Shown here one piece after another: positions 62,783 through 64,000 of a stretch of DNA of 64,000 nt. The notes below the pieces were generated by a model. That model was not told the DNA's origin, searched no databases, and was given only the letters and a program-made list of their open reading frames with translations. This stretch comes from Macrostomum lignano (Eukaryota), in assembly GCA_002269645.1 (NCBI GenBank), contig NIVC01002414.1, forward strand, positions 74,938 through 138,937. Reading direction: 5' to 3'. Position 1 is the first letter of the stretch. Each line of letters starts with the position of its first letter. The position numbers were made by a program, and so were the translations under genes.

Positions 62783-64000
62783 TGAGGTGGGGCGGGGAAA
62801 GTTTTTAGGGAGATTTGGTAGTTGGTGGGATTGTCCGGTGGTCGCTTGATTTAATGTCGAGTATGAGCAGCTCAGGCCTTCGAATCGGCGCTATTGTTAA
62901 TTCGCACAGATTAAATCCGGAAAATCCGTGTGGACGAATCCCAGTTAAAATGTCTCGTAGATACTCCGACTGCCGGGTCCTCAATCCCGGGGGAGGGTAG
63001 TTTTAGTCGTAGGTGAACAGTCTTCGTTGGGCGCAAGCATTCAGAGTGGGTCCTCAGATACCAAATTTATCGTATCTCGAATGTTTGACTTAACTTGTTA
63101 CTAACAGTGGAGTAGAGCTGCCACCACCATAATTCGCGTATTATGGAACGTTAGGGTCTCAGAGCTTGCTTCGAGATGAGACTGGGTTGTTTTACGCCCA
63201 CGGGCAAATGACTCAAAATAAGCTAGGCTTTGGGTCATACATGCGCAACCTTGGGAATCACCCGGCCGTTTCTATTGGCAACACACACATGTAAGTCGCT
63301 ATTGGCTGAGAGCAGTCACGTGACTACTATTCCGTCCAATAGCGACTTACATGTGTGTGTTGCCAATAGAAACGGCCGAGTGAATCCCAAGGTTGCGCCA
63401 AGCATGCTTTGGGTTATTAATGAGAAAATTAATGTTAGATCAACTGTTTTATTAAGAGTTCAGTGACAGGATACTAAGTTAATAAGTTCAACGGAGGAAA
63501 TAGCTTGGCGTGTGTGCGAAATCAACTAAGAGTAGCAAATAGTAGAGGGGACCAAACTCTACTCCAGCGGATGATTGGCTAGTACCGCAGTGCACGACTG
63601 GATAAAATAAACGACTTAACGCTAGTTGTAAATAAGTTTGGCGGATTAAATATTAGTTGTTAAATTGAATGGGGAGAGAGAGAGCGAGGGCGGGCAAAAG
63701 AAGGGGGCAAGGAGAAAGAAAACACAAAAAAAACCTTAAAGAATTAAAGAAAAAATTGGGCAGCTCCAGGGGCACCATTATATAGAGATTGAAAATGCAA
63801 AAGATGGACAAATGAGGTCAAACATTGGTGGCAAAAGGTGGTCACGGGGTCCAAGCAATGAACAGACAAAATTAACACGGAAAGATAGGGCGATAAACAA
63901 AGTTTCCAAAGGAGGGACACGAAAGACCAGAAAAAGGAGCGGGAAAACCATTGCAAGAATGGGGAAAAACTGACAGAATAAACAACAACTGGGCACAGGG
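62783..64000 (-). repeat. 5' LTR (truncated by window end), carrying a MITE and a ~135-bp segment absent from the 3' LTR
   Basis: Homologous to 49224-50140, with extra sequence at 63236-63414 and about 63648-63783. Confidence 0.9.
63236..63406. mobile_element. 171-bp palindromic MITE with an 8-bp TSD (hAT-like)
   Basis: TSD CTTTGGGT at 63228-63235 and 63407-63414. The empty site is present in the other LTR. Ends are CATACAT-GCGCAACC and GGTTGCGCCAAGCATG, with ~65-bp near-perfect inverted arms. Confidence 0.93.

Larger units (their letters stand above)
49224..64000 (-). mobile_element. Ty3/Gypsy LTR retrotransposon, decayed, with nested insertions (5' LTR runs off the window end)
   Basis: Direct repeats start with TGAGGT at 49224 and 62783. 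A tRNA-Leu PBS lies next to the right LTR. Domain order is gag, protease, RT, RNase H, integrase on the minus strand. Confidence 0.95.

Overview
Eukaryotic (invertebrate animal) genomic DNA. The Q/A-rich genes, short GT-AG introns and extreme minisatellite load resemble a Macrostomum-like flatworm, but that host assignment is inference. Bases 1-48 kb hold three host genes among about 25 distinct tandem-repeat arrays and several small inverted-repeat (MITE-like) elements. The genes are a 4-exon START lipid-transfer gene (+), a 4-exon polyQ/polyA gene with an unassigned beta-rich domain (+), and an intronless B-type muscarinic acetylcholine receptor (-). From 49.2 kb to the window end is a decayed Ty3/Gypsy LTR retrotransposon on the minus strand, with LTRs, a tRNA-Leu PBS, gag, PR-RT-RH-IN and an extra 3' ORF. 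A full-length 4.5 kb Ingi/I-group LINE is inserted in its gag with a 13-14 bp TSD. The LINE starts exactly at a 68-nt fold matching HDV/CPEB3-like self-cleaving ribozymes. It is followed by an N-terminal 2A-like peptide (DVEPNLG/P), PHD, APE, RT, RNase H and a zinc knuckle. A palindromic 171-bp MITE sits in the 5' LTR. Differences between the two LTRs are dominated by CpG transitions. Most long ORFs in the supplied track are translated repeats. All alignments and counts were done by eye.
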